DNA of 43,419 nt, from assembly GCA_032128375.1 (NCBI GenBank), contig JAQBGU010000199.1, positions 1-43,419 on the forward strand, given 5' to 3'. The notes below the pieces were generated by a model. That model searched no databases and had not been told where the DNA came from. It saw only the letters and a program-made list of their open reading frames with translations. Position numbers and translations under genes: made by a program. Below, piece by piece: positions 40,586 through 43,419 of the stretch. Source of the DNA: Deltaproteobacteria bacterium. Its GTDB lineage: Bacteria; Myxococcota_A; UBA9160; SMWR01. Position 1 is the stretch's first letter. Every line of letters starts with the position of its first letter.

Positions 40586-43419
40586 GAGTCGCTCCTCCAG
40601 CTTTCCGGTACCGGTACCTGAATCTCAGCATGAACCCCGCCCCCGGAAGCTGGTGCCAACTCGAGCTTCCCGCCCAGAGCCTCGATCATGTCGCGAGAAA
40701 GTGACAAGCCAACCCCGAGCCCGCCCTGCGAGCGACGGGTCGTAAAACCGGGCTCCATCACCTGTGAGATCAGGCCCGGTGGTATTCCGCAGCCCGAGTC
40801 GACGACTGAAATCACCATCCAGCCTCCGGGGTTCATCATCGCAGAGACGCGAACCGGGTCGCAGGAGCCGGACGCTTGAATTGCATTGTCAACCAGATTG
40901 AAGATCGCTCGCCCCACGTTCTCGTGGCAGCGGATGCGACGCAATGTTGGATCATGGCTGACGCGTACCCTGGCGGGTCCATGGCGAGCGATCAGACTGC
41001 GAAGGGATCGCTCGATGAGTTCGTCGACCCGCGTGATTCCCGGCGGATCGTCTCGTCTGGCGGTGGCGTCTTTCACGAAGGCTTTCATTCTGACGATGAC
41101 GGCGTCTGCGATCTCGGCAACCTGAGCGGCCTGTCGATGCAACTTGTCATCTTCTGTCGTTCGCTCGGCGAGTCGCTTGGCGAGCCCTCGCAACCAGCCG
41201 AGATCCTTCCCAACGTCATGCATGAGATCGAGTGACACGCGGACGGTCGCGGCATCGCGTTCCACGGCGGCCCTTTCGTCGGCCAGCCGTGAGTTATGGA
41301 TCGCGATCGCAGCCTGGGATGCGATCGCGGCAACGAAGTCGAGCTCAAATCCGGAGAGCACGGGCCTGGAGCCGTCCGGATCCAGCAGTATCAACCCGAG
41401 CGGCTCGTCTCCGTGTGCAACCCGCGCGACGACACTGACTCCATCGGCCAGAAGTCTGGAGCGATCTTTCGAACCCCCTTCAGTCTCCAGATAGGCGACC
41501 GGGGTGGTCGCAACCAGTCGGTCGGCTGCGAGTGTCGTTTCTTGCGAAGGCGGACGCATGCTTCCAACCGTCTCGGCCGGTTCCCAAGCGTCGCCATGTC
41601 GGAGTGAGATCCATCCCGATCGAACGTGGACGCCATCCGTCAATACTGTGAGCGCGAGACGACTGATTTCGTGTTCGCTTCGCAGATTCGCCATTTCACC
41701 GAAACAACGATCGCGAAGTACGCGCATCTCCTCGATGCGGGGCGAAAGGGCGGCTTGGAGGAATCCGCGAAGGGGTCGGCGAATCGACTCGGCCGCGATC
41801 ACGCAGCCACACGCGATCAACAGCAGAAGACCGAAGTCGACATCGCTGCCGGGCAATCCCACGACTCGGGCCCCCAAGTAAATCAGTGCGGAAACAAAGA
41901 AGGCACTTGCAATGAAGTATACGACTCGAGCGCTGCCGGTTCGGACGTGCCAACCGACATCGAACAGATCGAAGCGACTAATGGCGAACCCGATGGGAAT
42001 CGGAATCCACAGAGCGGAGGTCCACAGATACGTCGCAGTCATCTCGGCCGGACCGCTCCCCCAGCCGAGGGATACCGAAACGATCGCAGGCACAAGCAGG
42101 CTCGAGATGACAACAAAGCCGGCCCGCGAACGACCCGATGGCGAAGCCGACTCGCGTACGACGAAGGCGCACGACGCAAGCAGCACCAGCCATGCCATCC
42201 CCCAAAGCAACAAAATCAGGTAAACGAAGGTCGGCCAGAGAACAGGCGTTCGGTCGAGAGCGACGAGAGCGATGAGGCCGAGCCCTGCTGACATCGCGTA
42301 CGGCGCGTAGTAGAGACCCGGTGCAGCCTTGACGACATCGGACTCGGTTGGAAAGACCATGCTGATTTGGACTACCGCTGCCGGCGCAATGGCGAGCGCG
42401 AGAATGGCCGCGATGTTCAGGACCGCCGAGGGCTGGCCGCTCAACGCCGCGATCGCAATCACACCGCTGGCTGAATAGAAGACTGCCAGCGGTAGCGAGG
42501 CGCGTGACCTCGAGTGAAGCAGCAGAAGAAGGGGGAGAACCATCAGGCCCGCGGAAACGAGCGTCGCAGCTCCAATGCTGGTCGCACGCAGCAGTGGAGT
42601 GTTCTCGATGAGTGCAAGCGCGACCGAATGTTCTTTGCCACGGCGGAGGATTTCGAGCATGAGCGGGGACGTCGAGGTCGAGAGGATCTCGGTCGCGTCG
42701 TGCAGCGGCTGTTGTTCGCCACTTTCATCCGCTACGAAGCGAATCTGGTCGAGCAGTTGCAGCGGACAGGCCGAACCGGGGAGTGTCATGACATGTCCGC
42801 TCGGCAGCGTCCAGCAGGGGGATCGCATGGGCCGCTCATCGCTCACGGCCATGTTCAGTGCGGCGAACGCAACGGCCATGAGGGGGAGAACCACGATGAC
42901 GGATGTGAGAAGGGTGCCGCGGGTTTTCTGTTCGGACTCAGCACTTGATGGATCCACGTCGGACGGCGCGAAAGCGAATATCAGCGCGGGGAGTATCAGC
43001 AGAGACGCCACCAGGGCGCCGAGAATCGCGAGCGCGACGAAGAATCCGAAGCTCGCGATCGATTGCCAGGCCGATGCCATCAGCGTCAGGAAGCCCAATG
43101 CGAGCGCGAAAGAGGTCGTGATGACCGCCCGCCCGGTGTGGTGGATCGAAGCGCGGATCGCAGTGGCCGGGTCGGCACCGGACAGCCGTTGCCTTCGGTA
43201 GTGATCGAGAATGTGGATGCTGTCGTCGACGCCAATCCCGAGCAAGATCACCGCGATCATCGACCGACCCACGTCGAGCGTCAGTCCGGCAAAACCCATG
43301 GCGCCCAGGGTTACTGCAATGGGCAGCAGCGTCGGGACCATCGCAGCGGCGGCGAGGCGAGCAGACCTCAGGAAGAAGGCAACCATGGCGAAGACCAGAA
43401 CGAGAGCGGCCGGAAAGCT
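40582..43419 (-). CDS. MMPL/RND transporter C-terminal TMs fused in frame to a multi-TM, GAF-like, histidine kinase module (5' end outside window)
   Basis: Frame is open to the window edge. MMPL motifs GIGVDDSIH, TGRAVITTS..LALGF and LLILPAL. Kinase motifs LMHDVGK, NLVDNAI, DSGCGI, EPGFTT and GLGVGL. Confidence 0.82.
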   Translation of the reverse strand, partial: SFPAALVLVFAMVAFFLRSARLAAAAMVPTLLPIAVTLGAMGFAGLTLDVGRSMIAVILLGIGVDDSIHILDHYRRQRLSGADPATAIRASIHHTGRAVITTSFALALGFLTLMASAWQSIASFGFFVALAILGALVASLLILPALIFAFAPSDVDPSSAESEQKTRGTLLTSVIVVLPLMAVAFAALNMAVSDERPMRSPCWTLPSGHVMTLPGSACPLQLLDQIRFVADESGEQQPLHDATEILSTSTSPLMLEILRRGKEHSVALALIENTPLLRATSIGAATLVSAGLMVLPLLLLLHSRSRASLPLAVFYSASGVIAIAALSGQPSAVLNIAAILALAIAPAAVVQISMVFPTESDVVKAAPGLYYAPYAMSAGLGLIALVALDRTPVLWPTFVYLILLLWGMAWLVLLASCAFVVRESASPSGRSRAGFVVISSLLVPAIVSVSLGWGSGPAEMTATYLWTSALWIPIPIGFAISRFDLFDVGWHVRTGSARVVYFIASAFFVSALIYLGARVVGLPGSDVDFGLLLLIACGCVIAAESIRRPLRGFLQAALSPRIEEMRVLRDRCFGEMANLRSEHEISRLALTVLTDGVHVRSGWISLRHGDAWEPAETVGSMRPPSQETTLAADRLVATTPVAYLETEGGSKDRSRLLADGVSVVARVAHGDEPLGLILLDPDGSRPVLSGFELDFVAAIASQAAIAIHNSRLADERAAVERDAATVRVSLDLMHDVGKDLGWLRGLAKRLAERTTEDDKLHRQAAQVAEIADAVIVRMKAFVKDATARRDDPPGITRVDELIERSLRSLIARHGPARVRVSHDPTLRRIRCHENVGRAIFNLVDNAIQASGSCDPVRVSAMMNPGGWMVISVVDSGCGIPPGLISQVMEPGFTTRRSQGGLGVGLSLSRDMIEALGGKLELAPASGGGVHAEIQVPVPESWRSDS

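Overview
GC-rich bacterial chromosomal window, dominated by lipid, steroid and aromatic catabolism and envelope genes. The left end is an Asp-box (BNR) beta-propeller gene cut off by an IS630 element that abuts an IS1380 element. Then come a Nu-class GST, a DUF4124 protein and an HsaA/HsaC-like monooxygenase/extradiol dioxygenase pair, the latter ending in an (ACT)14 microsatellite. Further on are two P450s, a MAPEG protein, a GH38 mannosidase, APC and GPH transporters, a class III CoA-transferase, a ChsH2N-ChsH1-like fused hydratase and a two-gene acyl-CoA dehydrogenase. These are followed by two GT-C glycosyltransferases (one TMTC-like), a sulfatase, an amidase, a cyclase, a TetR-MFP-RND efflux operon, an HSL esterase and an enoyl-CoA hydratase. 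The most unusual element is at the right end: an MMPL/RND transporter C-terminus continuing in one reading frame into a multi-TM, GAF-like, histidine kinase module. It is translationally coupled to a LolA-like protein and followed by a receiver-less sigma-54 activator. Four genes carry frameshifts or an internal stop, so consensus errors must be considered. All family assignments come from motifs recognised by eye, not from database searches.
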